A stretch of DNA of 64,000 nt, from positions 339,388,001 through 339,452,000 of the forward strand of contig OZ024743.1 of NCBI GenBank assembly GCA_964016885.1, read 5' to 3'. A program made the position numbers and the translations under genes. This document shows positions 15,001-30,000 of this stretch, piece after piece. Origin of the DNA: Eledone cirrhosa (Eukaryota). The notes under the pieces were generated by a model. It saw nothing but the letters and a program-made list of their open reading frames with translations, was not told the DNA's origin and ran no database searches. Every line of letters starts with the position of its first letter. The stretch's first letter is position 1.

Positions 15001-18000
15001 TCTTACATACACTCCTGCACTCTACCAAGTGGAGTTGGGGGTCTATATCTCTCTTACGTACACTCCTGCACTCTACCAAGTGGAACTGGGGTCTATATAT
15101 CTCTTACATACACTCCTGCAGTCTACCAAGTGGAGTTGGGGGTCTATATCTCTCTTACGTACACTCCTGCACTCTACCAAGTGGAACTGGGGTCTATATA
15201 TCTCTTACATACACTTCTGCACTCTACCAAGTGGAGCTGGGGTCTATATATCTCTTACATACACTCCTGCACTCTACCAAGTGGAGCTGGGGTCTATATC
15301 TCTCCTACATACACTCCTGCACTCTACCAAGTGGAACTGGGGTCTATATATCTCTTACATACACTCCTGCACTCTACCAAGTGGAGTTGGGGGTCTATAT
15401 CTCTCTTACGTACACTCCTGCACTCTACCAAGTGGAACTGGGGTCTATATATCTCTTACATACACTTCTGCACTCTACCAAGTGGAGCTGGGGTCTATAT
15501 ATCTCTTCCATACACTCCTGCACTCTACCAAGTGGAGCTGGGAGTCTATATCTCTCTTACATACACTCCTGCACTCTACCAAGTGGAGTTGGGAGTCTAT
15601 ATCTCTCTTACATACACTCCTGCACTCTACCAAGTGGAGCTGGGGTCTATATATCTCTTACATACACTCCTGCACTCTACCAAGTGGAGCTGGATGTCTA
15701 TATATCTCTTACATACACTCCTGCAGTCTACCAAGTGGAGTTGGGGGTCTATATCTCTCTTACGTACACTCCTGCACTCTACCAAGTGGAACTGGGGTCT
15801 ATATATCTCTTACATACACTTCTGCACTCTACCAAGTGGAGCTGGGTCTATATATCTCTTACATACACTCCTGCACTCTACCAAGTGGAGCTGGGGTCTA
15901 TATCTCTCCTACATACACTGCTGCACCCTACCAAGTGGAACTGGGGTCTATACATCTCTTACATACACTCCTGCACTCTACCAAGTGGAGTTGGGGGTCT
16001 ATATCTCTCTTACGTACACTCCTGCACTCTACCAAGTGGAACTGGGGTCTATATATCTCTTACATACACTTCTGCACTCTACCAAGTGGAGCTGGGGTCT
16101 ATATATCTCTTACATAACTCCTGCACTCTACCAAGTGGAGTTGGGGTCTATATCTCTCTTACATACACTCCTGCACTCTACCAAGTGGAGTTGGGAGTCT
16201 ATATCTCTCTTACATACACTCCTGCACTCTACCAAGTGGAGCTGGGGTCTATATATCTCTTACATACACTCCTGCACTCTACCAAGTGGAGCTGGAGGTC
16301 TATATATCTCTTACATACACTCCTGCACTCTACCAAGTGGAGATGGGGTTCTATATCTCTCTTACATACACTCCTACATTCTAGCAAGTGGAGTTTAGAA
16401 TCTATATCTCTCTTACATACACTCCTGCACTCTACCAAGTGGAGCTGAGAGTCTATATCTCTATTACATACACTCCTGCACTCTACCAAGTGGAGCTGGG
16501 AGTCTATATCTCTTACATACAATCCTGCCCTCTACCAAGTGGAGTTGGGGTGTTCTATCTCTCTTACATACACTCCTGAACTCTACCAAGTGGAGCTGGG
16601 GTTCTATATCTCCCTTACATACACTCCTGCACTCTACCAAGTGGAGCTGGGAGTCTATATCTCTTACATACACTTCTGCACTCTACCAAGTGGAGCTGGG
16701 AGTCTATATCTCTATTACATACACTCCTGCACTCTACCAAGTGGAGCTGGGAATCTATATCTCTCTTACATACACTCCTGCACTCTACCAAGTGGAGCTG
16801 GGAGTCTATATCTCTCTTACATACACTCCTTCACTCTACCAAGTGGAGTTGGGAGTCTATATTTCTCTTACATACACTCCTGCACTCTACCAAGTGGAGT
16901 TGCGGGGTCTATATCTCTCTTACATACACTCCTGCACTCTACCAAGTGGAGCTGGGAGTCTATATCTCTTACATACACTCCTGCACTCTACCAAGTGGAG
17001 TTGGGGGTCTATATCTCTCTTACATACACTCCTGCACTCTACCAAGTGGAACTGGGGTCTATATATCTCTTACATACACTCCTGCACTCTACCAAGTGGA
17101 GCTGGGGTTCTATATCTCTCTTACATACACTCCTGCACTCTACCAAGTGGAGCTGGGGTTCTATATCTCTTACATACAATCCTGCCCTCTACCAAGTGGA
17201 GTTGGGGGGTTCTATCTCTCTTACATACACTCCTGAACTCTACCAAGTGGAGCTGGGGTTCTATATCTCCCTTACATACACTCCTGCACTCTACCAAGTG
17301 GAGCTGGAAGTCTATATCTCTTACATACACTTCTGCACTCTACCAAGTGGAGCTGGGAGTCTATATCTCTATTACATACACTCCTGCACTCTACCAAGTG
17401 GAGCTGGGAGTCTATATCTCTCTTACATACACTCCTGCACTCTACCAAGTGGAGTTGGGAGTCTATATCTCTCTTACATACACTCCTTCACTCTACCAAG
17501 TGGAGTTGGGAGTCTATATTTCTCTTACATACACTCCTGCACTCTACCAAGTGGAGTTGCGGGGTCTATATCTCTCTTACATACACTCCTGCACTCTACC
17601 AAGTGGAGCTGGGAGTCTATATCTCTTACATACACTCCTGCACTCTACCAAGTGGAGTTGGGGGGTCTATATCTCTCTTACATACACTCCTGCACTCTAC
17701 CAAGTGGAACTGGGGTCTATATATCTCTTACATACACTCCTGCACTCTACCAAGTGGAGCTGGGAGTCTATATCTCTTACATACACTTCTGCACTCTACC
17801 AAGTGGAGCTGGGAGTCTATATCTCTATTACATACACTCCTGCACTCTACCAAGTGGAGCTGGGAGTGTATAACTCTCTTACATACACTCCTGCACTCTA
17901 CCAAGTGGAGCTGGGAGTCTATATCTCTCTTACATACACTCCTGCACTCTACCAAGTGGAGTTGGGGGTCTATATCTCTCTTACATACACTCCTGCACTC

Positions 18001-21000
18001 TACCAAGTAGAGTTGGGGGGTCTATATCTCTCTTACATACACTCCTGCACTCTACCAAGTGGAGTTGGGGGTCTATATCTCTCTTACGTACACTCCTGCA
18101 CTCTACCAAGTGGAACTGGGGTCTATATATCTCTTACATACACTCCTGCAGTCTACCAAGTGGAGTTGGGGGTCTATATCTCTCTTACGTACACTCCTGC
18201 ACTCTACCAAGTGGAACTGGGGTCTATATATCTCTTACATACACTTCTGCACTCTACCAAGTGGAGCTGGGGTCTATATATCTCTTACATACACTCCTGC
18301 ACTCTACCAAGTGGAGCTGGGGTCTATATCTCTCCTACATACACTCCTGCACTCTACCAAGTGGAACTGGGGTCTATACATCTCTTACATACACTCCTGC
18401 ACTCTACCAAGTGGAGTTGGGGGTCTATATCTCTCTTACGTACACTCCTGCACTCTACCAAGTGGAACTGGGGTCTATATATCTCTTACATACACTTCTG
18501 CACTCTACCAAGTGGAGCTGGGAGTCTATATCTCTCTTACATACACTCCTGCACTCTACCAAGTGGAGTTGGGGTCTATATCTCTCTTACATACACTCCT
18601 GCACTCTACCAAGTGGAGTTGGGAGTCTATATCTCTCTTACATACACTCCTGCACTCTACCAAGTGGAGCTGGGGTCTATATATCTCTTACATACACTCC
18701 TGCACTCTACCAAGTGGAGCTGGAGGTCTATATATCTCTTACATACACTCCTGCACTCTACCAAGTGGAGATGGGGTTCTATATCTCTCTTACATACACT
18801 CCTACACTCTACCAAGTGGAGTTAGAATCTATATCTCTCTTACATACACTCCTGCACTCTACCAAGTGGAGCTGAGAGTCTATATCTCTATTACATACAC
18901 ACCTGCACTCTACCAAGTGGAGCTGGGAGTCTATATCTCTCTTACATATACTCCTGCACTCTACCAAGTGGAGCTGGAGGTCTATATCTCTCTTACATAC
19001 ACTCCTGCATTCTACCAAGTGGAGTTGTGGGTCTATATCTCTTTTACATACACTCCTGCACTCTACCAAGTGGAGCTGGGGTTCTATATCTCTCTTACAT
19101 ACACTCCTGCACTCTACCAAGTGGAGCTGGGGTTCTATATCTCTTACATACAATCCTGCCCTCTACCAAGTGGAGTTGGGGGGTTCTATCTCTCTTACAT
19201 ACACTCCTGAACTCTACCAAGTGGAGCTGGGGTTCTATATCTCCCTTACATACACTCCTGCACTCTACCAAGTGGAACTGGGAGTCTATATCTCTTACAT
19301 ACACTTCTGCACTCTACCAAGTGGAGCTGGGAGTCTATATCTCTATTATATACACTCCTGCACTCTACCAAGTGGAGCTGGGAGTCTATATCTCTCTTAC
19401 ATACACTCCTGCACTCTACCAAGTGGAGTTGGGCGTCTATATCTCTCTTACATACACTCCTTCACTCTACCAAGTGGAGTTGGGAGTCTATATTTCTCTT
19501 ACATACACTCCTGCACTCTACCAAGTGGAGTTGCGGGGTCTATATCTCTCTTACATACACTCCTGCACTCTACCAAGTGGAGCTGGGAGTCTATATCTCT
19601 TACATACACTCCTGCACTCTACCAAGTGGAGTTGGGGGTCTATATCTCTCTTACATACACTCCTGCACTCTACCAAGTTGAACTGGGGTCTATATATCTC
19701 TTACATACACTCCTGCACTCTACCAAGTGGAGCTGGGAGTCTATATCTCTTACATACACTTCTGCACTCTACCAAGTGGAGCTGGGAGTCTATATCTCTA
19801 TTACATACACTCCTGCACTCTACCAAGTGGAGCTGGGAGTGTATATCTCTCTTACATACACTCCTGCACTCTACCAAGTGGAGTTGGGGGTCTATATCTC
19901 TCTTACATACACTCCTGCACTCTACCAAGTGGAGTTGGGGGTCTATATCTCTCTTACGTACACTCCTGCACTCTACCAAGTGGAACTGGGGTCTATATAT
20001 CTCTTACATACACTCCTGCAGTCTACCAAGTGGAGTTGGGGGTCTATATCTCTCTTACGTACACTCCTGCACTCTACCAAGTGGAACTGGGGTCTATATA
20101 TCTCTTACATACACTTCTGCACTCTACCAAGTGGAGCTGGGGTCTATATATCTCTTACATACACTCCTGCACTCTACCAAGTGGAGCTGGGAGTCTATAT
20201 CTCTCTTACATACACTCCTGCACTCTACCAAGTGGAGTTGGGGTCTATATCTCTCTTACATACACTCCTGCACTCTACCAAGTGGAGTTGGGAGTCTATA
20301 TCTCTCTTACATACACTCCTGCACTCTACCAAGTGGAGCTGGGGTCTATATATCTCTTACATACACTCCTGCACTCTACCAAGTGGAGCTGGAGGTCTAT
20401 ATATCTCTTACATACACTCCTGCACTCTACCAAGTGGAGCTGGGGTCTATATATCTCTTACATACACTCCTGCACTCTACCAAGTGGAGCTGGATGTCTA
20501 TATATCTCTTACATACACTCCTGCAGTCTACCAAGTGGAGTTGGGGGTCTATATCTCTCTTACGTACACTCCTGCACTCTACCAAGTGGAACTGGGGTCT
20601 ATATATCTCTTACATACACTTCTGCACTCTACCAAGTGGAGCTGGGTCTATATATCTCTTACATACACTCCTGCACTCTACCAAGTGGAGCTGGGGTCTA
20701 TATCTCTCCTACATACACTGCTGCACTCTACCAAGTGGAACTGGGGTCTATACATCTCTTACATACACTCCTGCACTCTACCAAGTGGAGTTGGGGGTCT
20801 ATATCTCTCTTACGTACACTCCTGCACTCTACCAAGTGGAACTGGGGTCTATATATCTCTTACATACACTTCTGCACTCTACCAAGTGGAGCTGGGGTCT
20901 ATATATCTCTTACATAACTCCTGCACTCTACCAAGTGGAGCTGGGAGTCTATATCTCTCTTACATACACTCCTGCACTCTACCAAGTGGAGTTGGGGTCT

Positions 21001-24000
21001 ATATCTCTCTTACATACACTCCTGCACTCTACCAAGTGGAGTTGGGAGTCTATATCTCTCTTACATACACTCCTGCACTCTACCAAGTGGAGATGGGGTT
21101 CTATATCTCTCTTACATACACTCCTACATTCTAGCAAGTGGAGTTTAGAATCTATATCTCTCTTACATACACTCCTGCACTCTACCAAGTGGAGCTGAGA
21201 GTCTATATCTCTATTACATACACTCCTGCACTCTACCAAGTGGAGCTGGGAGTCTATATCTCTTACATACAATCCTGCCCTCTACCAAGTGGAGTTGGGG
21301 GGTTCTATCTCTCTTACATACACTCCTGAACTCTACCAAGTGGAGCTGGGGTTCTATATCTCCCTTACATACACTCCTGCACTCTACCAAGTGGAGCTGG
21401 GAGTCTATATCTCTTACATACACTTCTGCACTCTACCAAGTGGAACTGGGAGTCTATATCTCTATTACATACACTCCTGCACTCTACCAAGTGGAGCTGG
21501 GAATCTATATCTCTCTTACATACACTCCTGCACTCTACCAAGTGGAGCTGGGAGTCTATATCTCTCTTACATACACTCCTTCACTCTACCAAGTGGAGTT
21601 GGGAGTCTATATTTCTCTTACATACACTCCTGCACTCTACCAAGTGGAGTTGCGGGGTCTATATCTCTCTTACATACACTCCTGCACTCTACCAAGTGGA
21701 GCTGAGAGTCTATATCTCTTACATACACTCCTGCACTCTACCAAGTGGAGTTGGGGGTCTATATCTCTCTTACATACACTCCTGCACTCTACCAAGTGGA
21801 ACTGGGGTCTATATATCTCTTACATACACTCCTGCACTCTACCAAGTGGAGCTGGGAGTCTATATCTCTTACATACACTCCTGCACTCTACCAAGTGGAG
21901 CTGGGGCCTTATATCTCTATTACATACACTCCTGCACTCTACCAAGTGGAGCTGGGAGTCTATATCTCTCTTACATACACTCCTGCACTCTACCAAGTGG
22001 AGTTGGGGGTCTATATCTCTCTTACATACACTCCTGCACTCTACCAAGTGGAGTTGGGGGTCTATATCTCTCTTACGTACACTCCTGCACTCTACCAAGT
22101 GGAACTGGGGTCTATATATCTCTTACATACACTCCTGCAGTCTACCAAGTGGAGTTGGGGGTCTACATCTCTCTTACGTACACTCCTGCACTCTACCAAG
22201 TGGAACTGGGGTCTATATATCTCTTACATACACTTCTGCACTCTACCAAGTGGAGCTGGGGTCTATATATCTCTTACATACACTCCTGCACTCTACCAAG
22301 TGGAGCTGGGGTCTATATCTCTCCTACATACACTCCTGCACTCTACCAAGTGGAACTGGGGTCTATATATCTCTTACATACACTCCTGCACTCTACCAAG
22401 TGGAGTTGGGCGTCTATATCTCTCTTACGTACACTCCTGCACTCTACCAAGTGGAACTGGGGTCTATATATCTCTTACATACACTTCTGCACTCTACCAA
22501 GTGGAGCTGGGGTCTATATATCTCTTACATACACTCCTGCACTCTACCAAGTGGAGCTGGGAGTCTATATCTCTCTTACATACACTCCTGCACTCTACCA
22601 AGTGGAGTTGGGGTCTATATCTCTCTTACATACACTCCTGCCCTCTACCAAGTGGAGTTGGGAGTCTATATCTCTCTTACATACACTCCTGCACTCTACC
22701 AAGTGGAGCTGGGGTCTATATATCTCTTACATACACTCCTGCACTCTACCAAGTGGAGCTGGAGGTCTATATATCTCTTACATACACTCCTGCACTCTAC
22801 CAAGTGGAGCTGGGGTCTATATATCTCTTACATACACTCCTACACTCTACCAAGTGGAGCTGGGGTCTATATATCTCTTACATACACTCCTGCACTCTAC
22901 CAAGTGGAGCTGGAGGTCTATATATCTCTTACATACACTCCTGCACTCTACCAAGTGGAGATGGGGTTCTATATCTCTCTTACATACACTCCTACACTCT
23001 ACCAAGTGGAGTTTAGAATCTATATCTCTCTTACATACACTCCTGCACTCTACCAAGTGGAGCTGAGAGTCTATATCTCTATTACATACACTCCTGCACT
23101 CTACCAAGTGGAGCTGGGAGTCTATATCTCTCTTACATATACTCCTGCACTCTACCAAGTGGAGCTGGAGGTCTATATCTCTCTTACATACACTCCTGCA
23201 TTCTACCAAGTGGAGTTGTGGGTCTATATCTCTTTTACATACACTCCTGCACTCTACCAAGTGGAGCTGGGGTTCTATATCTCTCTTACATACAGTCCTG
23301 CACTCTACCAAGTGGAGCTGGGGTTCTATATCTCTTACATACAATCCTGCCCTCTACCAAGTGGAGTTGGGGGGTTTTATCTCTCTTACATACACTCCTG
23401 AACTCTACCAAGTGGAGCTGGGGTTCTATACCTCCCTTACATACACTCCTGCACTCTACCAAGTGGAGCTGGGAGTCTATATCTCTTACATACACTTCTG
23501 CACTCTACCAAGTGGAGCTGGGAGTCTATATCTCTATTACATACACTCCTGCACTCTACCAAGTGGAGCTGGGAGTCTATATCTCTCTTACATACACTCC
23601 TGCACTCTACCAAGTGGAGCTGGGAGTCTATATCTCTCTTACATACACTCCTCCACTCTACCAAGTGGAGTTGGGAGTCTATATTTCTCTTACATACACT
23701 CCTGCAATCTACCAAGTGGAGCTGGGGCTTTATATCTCTCTTACATACACTCCTGCACTCTACCAAGTGGAGTTGGGGGTCTATATATCTCTTACATACA
23801 CTCCTGCACTCTACCAAGTGGAGTTGGGGGTCTATATCTCACTTACATACACTTCTGCACTCTACCAAGTGGAACTGGGGTTCTATATTTCTCTTAAATA
23901 CACTCCTTCATTCTACCAAGTGGAGTTGGGGGTCTATATCTCTTACATACAATCCTGCCCTCTACCAAGTGGAGTTGGGGGGTTCTATCTCTCTTACATA

Positions 24001-27000
24001 CACTCCTGCACTCTACCAAGTGGAGCTGGGAGTCTATATCTCTCTTACATACACTCCTGCACTCTACCAAGTGGAGCTGGGAGTCTATATCTCTCTTACA
24101 TACACTCCTGCACTCTACCAAGTGGAGTTGGGGGTCTATATCTCTCTTACATACACTCCTGCACTCTACCAAGTGGAGTTGGGGGGTCTATATCTCTCTT
24201 ACATACACTCCTGCACTCTACCAAGTGGAGCTGGGAGTCTATATCTCTTACATACACTCCTTCACTCTACCAAGTGGAGTTGGGGGTCTATATCTCTTAC
24301 ATACAATCCTGCCCTCTACCAAGTGGAGTTGGGGGGTTCTATCTCTCTTACATACACTCCTGAACTCTACCAAGTGGAGCTGGGGTTCTATATCTCCCTT
24401 ACATACACTCCTGCACTCTACCAAGTGGAGCTGGGAGTCTATATCTCTTACATACACTTCTGCACTCTACCAAGTGGAGCTGGGAGTCTATATCTCTCTT
24501 ACATACACTCCTGCACTCTACCAAGTGGAGCTGGGAGTCTATATCTCTCTTACATACACTCCTTCACTCTACCAAGTGGAGTTGGGAGTCTATATTTCTC
24601 TTACATACACTCCTGCACTCTACCAAGTGGAGTTGCGGGGTCTATATCTCTCTTACATACACTCCTGCACTCTACCAAGTGGAGCTGGGAGTCTATATCT
24701 CTTACATACACTCCTGCACTCTACCAAGTGGAGTTGGGGGTCTATATCTCTCTTACATACACTCCTGCACTCTACCAAGTGGAACTGGGGTCTATATATC
24801 TCTTACATACATTCCTGCACTCTACCAAGTGGAGCTGGGGCTTTATATCTCTCTTACATACACTCCTGCACTCTACCAAGTGGAGTTGGGGGTCTATATA
24901 TCTCTTACATACACTCCTGCACTCTACCAAGTGGAGTTGGGGGTCTATATCTCGCTTACATACACTTCTGCACTCTACCAAGTGGAACTGGGGTTCTATA
25001 TTTCTCTTACATACACTCCTTCACTCTACTAAGTGGAGTTGGGGGTCTATATCGCTTACATACAATCCTACCCTCTACCAAGTGGAGTTGGGGGGTTCTA
25101 TCTCTCTTACATACACTCCTGCACTCTACCAAGTGGAGCTGGGAGTCTATATCTCTCTTACATACACTCCTGCACTCTACCAAGTGGAGTTGGGGGGTCT
25201 ATATCTCTCTTACATACACTCCTGCACTCTACCAAGTGGAGTTGGGGGTCTATATCTCTCTTATGTACACTCCTGCACTCTACCAAGTGGAACTGGGGTC
25301 TATATATCTCTTACATACACTCTTGCACTCTACCAAGTGGAGTTGGGGGTCTATATCTCTCTTACGTACACTCCTGCACTCTACCAAGTGGAACTGGGGT
25401 CTATATATCTCTTACATACACTCCTGCACTCTACCAAGTGGAGCTGGGGTCTATATATCTCTTACATACACTTCTGCACTCTACCAAGTGGAGCTGGGGT
25501 CTATATATCTCTTACATACACTCCTGCACTCTACCAAGTGGAGCTGGGAGTCTATATCTCTCTTACATACACTCCTGCACTCTACCAAGTGGAGTTGGGG
25601 TCTATATCTCTCTTACATACACTCCTGCACTCTACCAAGTGGAGTTGGGAGTCTATATCTCTCTTACATACACTCCTGCACTCTACCAAGTGGAGCTGGG
25701 GTCTATATATCTCTTACATACACTCCTGCACTCTACCAAGTGGAGCTGGAGGTCTATATATCTCTTACATACACTCCTGCACTCTACCAAGTGGAGCTGG
25801 GGTCTATATATCTCTTACATACACTCCTGCACTGTACCAAGTGGAGCTGGAGGTCTATATATCTCTTACATACACTTCTGCACTCTACCAAGTGGAGATG
25901 GGGTTCTATATCTCTCTTACATACACTCCTACACTCTACCAAGTGGAGTTTAGAATCTATATCTCTCTTACATACACTCCTGCACTCTACCAAGTGGAGC
26001 TGGGAGTCTATATCTCTCTTACATACACTCCTGCACTCTACCAAGTGGAGCTGGGAGTCTATATCTCTCTTACATACACTCCTCCACTCTACCAAGTGGA
26101 GTTGGGAGTCTATATTTCTCTTACATACACTCCTGCAATCTACCAAGTGGAGCTGGGGCTTTATATCTCTCTTACATACACTCCTGCACTCTACCAAGTG
26201 GAGTTGGGGGTCTATATATCTCTTACATACACTCCTGCACTCTACCAAGTGGAGTTGGGGGTCTATATCTCACTTACATACACTTCTGCACTCTACCAAG
26301 TGGAACTGGGGTTCTATATTTCTCTTAAATACACTCCTTCATTCTACCAAGTGGAGTTGGGGGTCTATATCTCTTACATACAATCCTGCCCTCTACCAAG
26401 TGGAGTTGGGGGGTTCTATCTCTCTTACATACACTCCTGCACTCTACCAAGTGGAGCTGGGAGTCTATATCTCTCTTACATACACTCCTGCACTCTACCA
26501 AGTGGAGCTGGGAGTCTATATCTCTCTTACATACACTCCTGAACTCTACCAAGTGGAGTTGGGGGTCTATATCTCTCTTACATACACTCCTGCACTCTAC
26601 CAAGTGGAGTTGGGGGGTCTATATCTCTCTTACATACACTCCTGCACTCTACCAAGTGGAGCTGGGAGTCTATATCTCTTACATACACTCCTTCACTCTA
26701 CCAAGTGGAGTTGGGGGTCTATATCTCTTACATACAATCCTGCCCTCTACCAAGTGGAGTTGGGGGGTTCTATCTCTCTTACATACACTCCTGAACTCTA
26801 CCAAGTGGAGCTGGGGTTCTATATCTCCCTTACATACACTCCTGCACTCTACCAAGTGGAGCTGGGAGTCTATATCTCTTACATACACTTCTGCACTCTA
26901 CCAAGTGGAGCTGGGAGTCTATATCTCTCTTACATACACTCCTGCACTCTACCAAGTGGAGCTGGGAGTCTATATCTCTCTTACATACACTCCTTCACTC

Positions 27001-30000
27001 TACCAAGTGGAGTTGGGAGTCTATATTTCTCTTACATACACTCCTGCACTCTACCAAGTGGAGTTGCGGGGTCTATATCTCTCTTACATACACTCCTGCA
27101 CTCTACCAAGTGGAGCTGGGAGTCTATATCTCTTACATACACTCCTGCACTCTACCAAGTGGAGTTGGGGTCTATATCTCTCTTACATACACTCCTGCAC
27201 TCTACCAAGTGGAACTGGGGTCTATATATCTCTTACATACATTCCTGCACTCTACCAAGTGGAGCTGGGGCTTTATATCTCTCTTACATACACTCCTGCA
27301 CTCTACCAAGTGGAGTTGGGGGTCTATATATCTCTTACATACACTCCTGCACTCTACCAAGTGGAGTTGGGGGTCTATATCTCGCTTACATACACTTCTG
27401 CACTCTACCAAGTGGAACTGGGGTTCTATATTTCTATTACATACACTCCTTCACTCTACTAAGTGGAGTTGGGGGTCTATATCGCTTACATACAATCCTA
27501 CCCTCTACCAAGTGGAGTTGGGGGGTTCTATCTCTCTTACATACACTCCTGCACTCTACCAAGTGGAGCTGGGAGTCTATATCTCTCTTACATACACTCC
27601 TGCACTCTACCAAGTGGAGTTGGGGGGTCTATATCTCTCTTACATACACTCCTGCACTCTACCAAGTGGAGTTGGGGGTCTATATCTCTCTTATGTACAC
27701 TCCTGCACTCTACCAAGTGGAACTGGGGTCTATATATCTCTTACATACACTCTTGCACTCTACCAAGTGGAGTTGGGGGTCTATATCTCTCTTACGTACA
27801 CTCCTGCACTCTACCAAGTGGAACTGGGGTCTATATATCTCTTACATACACTCCTGCACTCTACCAAGTGGAGCTGGGGTCTATATATCTCTTACATACA
27901 CTTCTGCACTCTACCAAGTGGAGCTGGGGTCTATATATCTCTTACATACACTCCTGCACTCTACCAAGTGGAGCTGGGAGTCTATATCTCTCTTACATAC
28001 ACTCCTGCACTCTACCAAGTGGAGTTGGGGTCTATATCTCTCTTACATACACTCCTGCACTCTACCAAGTGGAGTTGGGAGTCTATATCTCTCTTACATA
28101 CACTCCTGCACTCTACCAAGTGGAGCTGGGGTCTATATATCTCTTACATACACTCCTGCACTCTACCAAGTGGAGCTGGAGGTCTATATATCTCTTACAT
28201 ACACTCCTGCACTCTACCAAGTGGAGCTGGGGTCTATATATCTCTTACATACACTCCTGCACTGTACCAAGTGGAGCTGGAGGTCTATATATCTCTTACA
28301 TACACTTCTGCACTCTACCAAGTGGAGATGGGGTTCTATATCTCTCTTACATACACTCCTACACTCTACCAAGTGGAGTTTAGAATCTATATCTCTCTTA
28401 CATACACTCCTGCACTCTACCAAGTGGAGCTGAGAGTCTATATCTCTATTACATACACTCCTGCACTCTACCAAGTGGAGCTGGGAGTCTATATCTCTCT
28501 TACATACACTCCTTCACTCTACCAAGTGGAGTTGGGAGTCTATATTTCTCTTACATACACTCCTGCAATCTACCAAGTGGAGCTGGGGCTTTATATCTCT
28601 CTTACATACACTCCTGCACTCTACCAAGTGGAGTTGGGGGTCTATATATCTCTTACATACACTCCTGCACTCTACCAAGTGGAGTTGGGGGTCTATATCT
28701 CACTTACATACACTTCTGCACTCTACCAAGTGGAACTGGGGTTCTATATTTCTCTTAAATACACTCCTTCACTCTACCAAGTGGAGTTGGGGGTCTATAT
28801 CTCTTACATACAATCCTGCCCTCTACCAAGTGGAGTTGGGGGGTTCTATCTCTCTTACATACACTCCTGCACTCTACCAAGTGGAGCTGGGAGTCTATAT
28901 CTCTCTTACATACACTCCTGCACTCTACCAAGTGGAGCTGGGAGTCTATATCTCTCTTACATACACTCCTGCACTCTACCAAGTGGAGTTGGGGGTCTAT
29001 ATCTCTCTTACATACACTCCTGCACTCTACCAAGTGGAGTTGGGGGGTCTATATCTCTCTTACATACACTCCTGCACTCTACCAAGTGGAGCTGGGGTTC
29101 TATATCTCCCTTACATACACTCCTGCACTCTACCAAGTGGAGCTGGGAGTCTATATCTCTTACATACACTTCTGCACTCTACCAAGTGGAGCTGGGAGTC
29201 TATATCTCTCTTACATACACTCCTGCACTCTACCAAGTGGAGCTGGGAGTCTATATCTCTCTTACATACACTCCTTCACTCTACCAAGTGGAGTTGGGAG
29301 TCTATATTTCTCTTACATACACTCCTGCACTCTACCAAGTGGAGTTGCGGGGTCTATATCTCTCTTACATACACTCCTGCACTCTACCAAGTGGAGCTGG
29401 GAGTCTATATCTCTTACATACACTCCTGCACTCTACCAAGTGGAGTTGGGGGTCTATATCTCTCTTACATACACTCCTGCACTCTACCAAGTGGAACTGG
29501 GGTCTATATATCTCTTACATACACTCCTGCACTCTACCAAGTGGAGCTGGGGCTTTATATCTCTCTTACATACACTCCTGCACTCTACCAAGTGGAGTTG
29601 GGGGTCTATATATCTCTTACATACACTCCTGCACTCTACCAAGTGGAGTTGGGGGTCTATATCTCGCTTACATACACTTCTGCACTCTACCAAGTGGAAC
29701 TGGGGTTCTATATTTCTCTTACATACACTCCTTCACTCAACTAAGTGGAGTTGGGGGTCTATATCGCTTACATACAATCCTACCCTCTACCAAGTGGAGT
29801 TGGGGGGTTCTATCTCTCTTACATACACTCCTGCACTCTACCAAGTGGAGTTGGGGGGTCTATATCTCTCTTACATACACTCCTGCACTCTACCAAGTGG
29901 AGTTGGGGGTCTATATCTCTCTTATGTACACTCCTGCACTCTACCAAGTGGAGTTGGGAGTCTATATATCTCTTACATACACTCCTGCACTCTACCAAGT

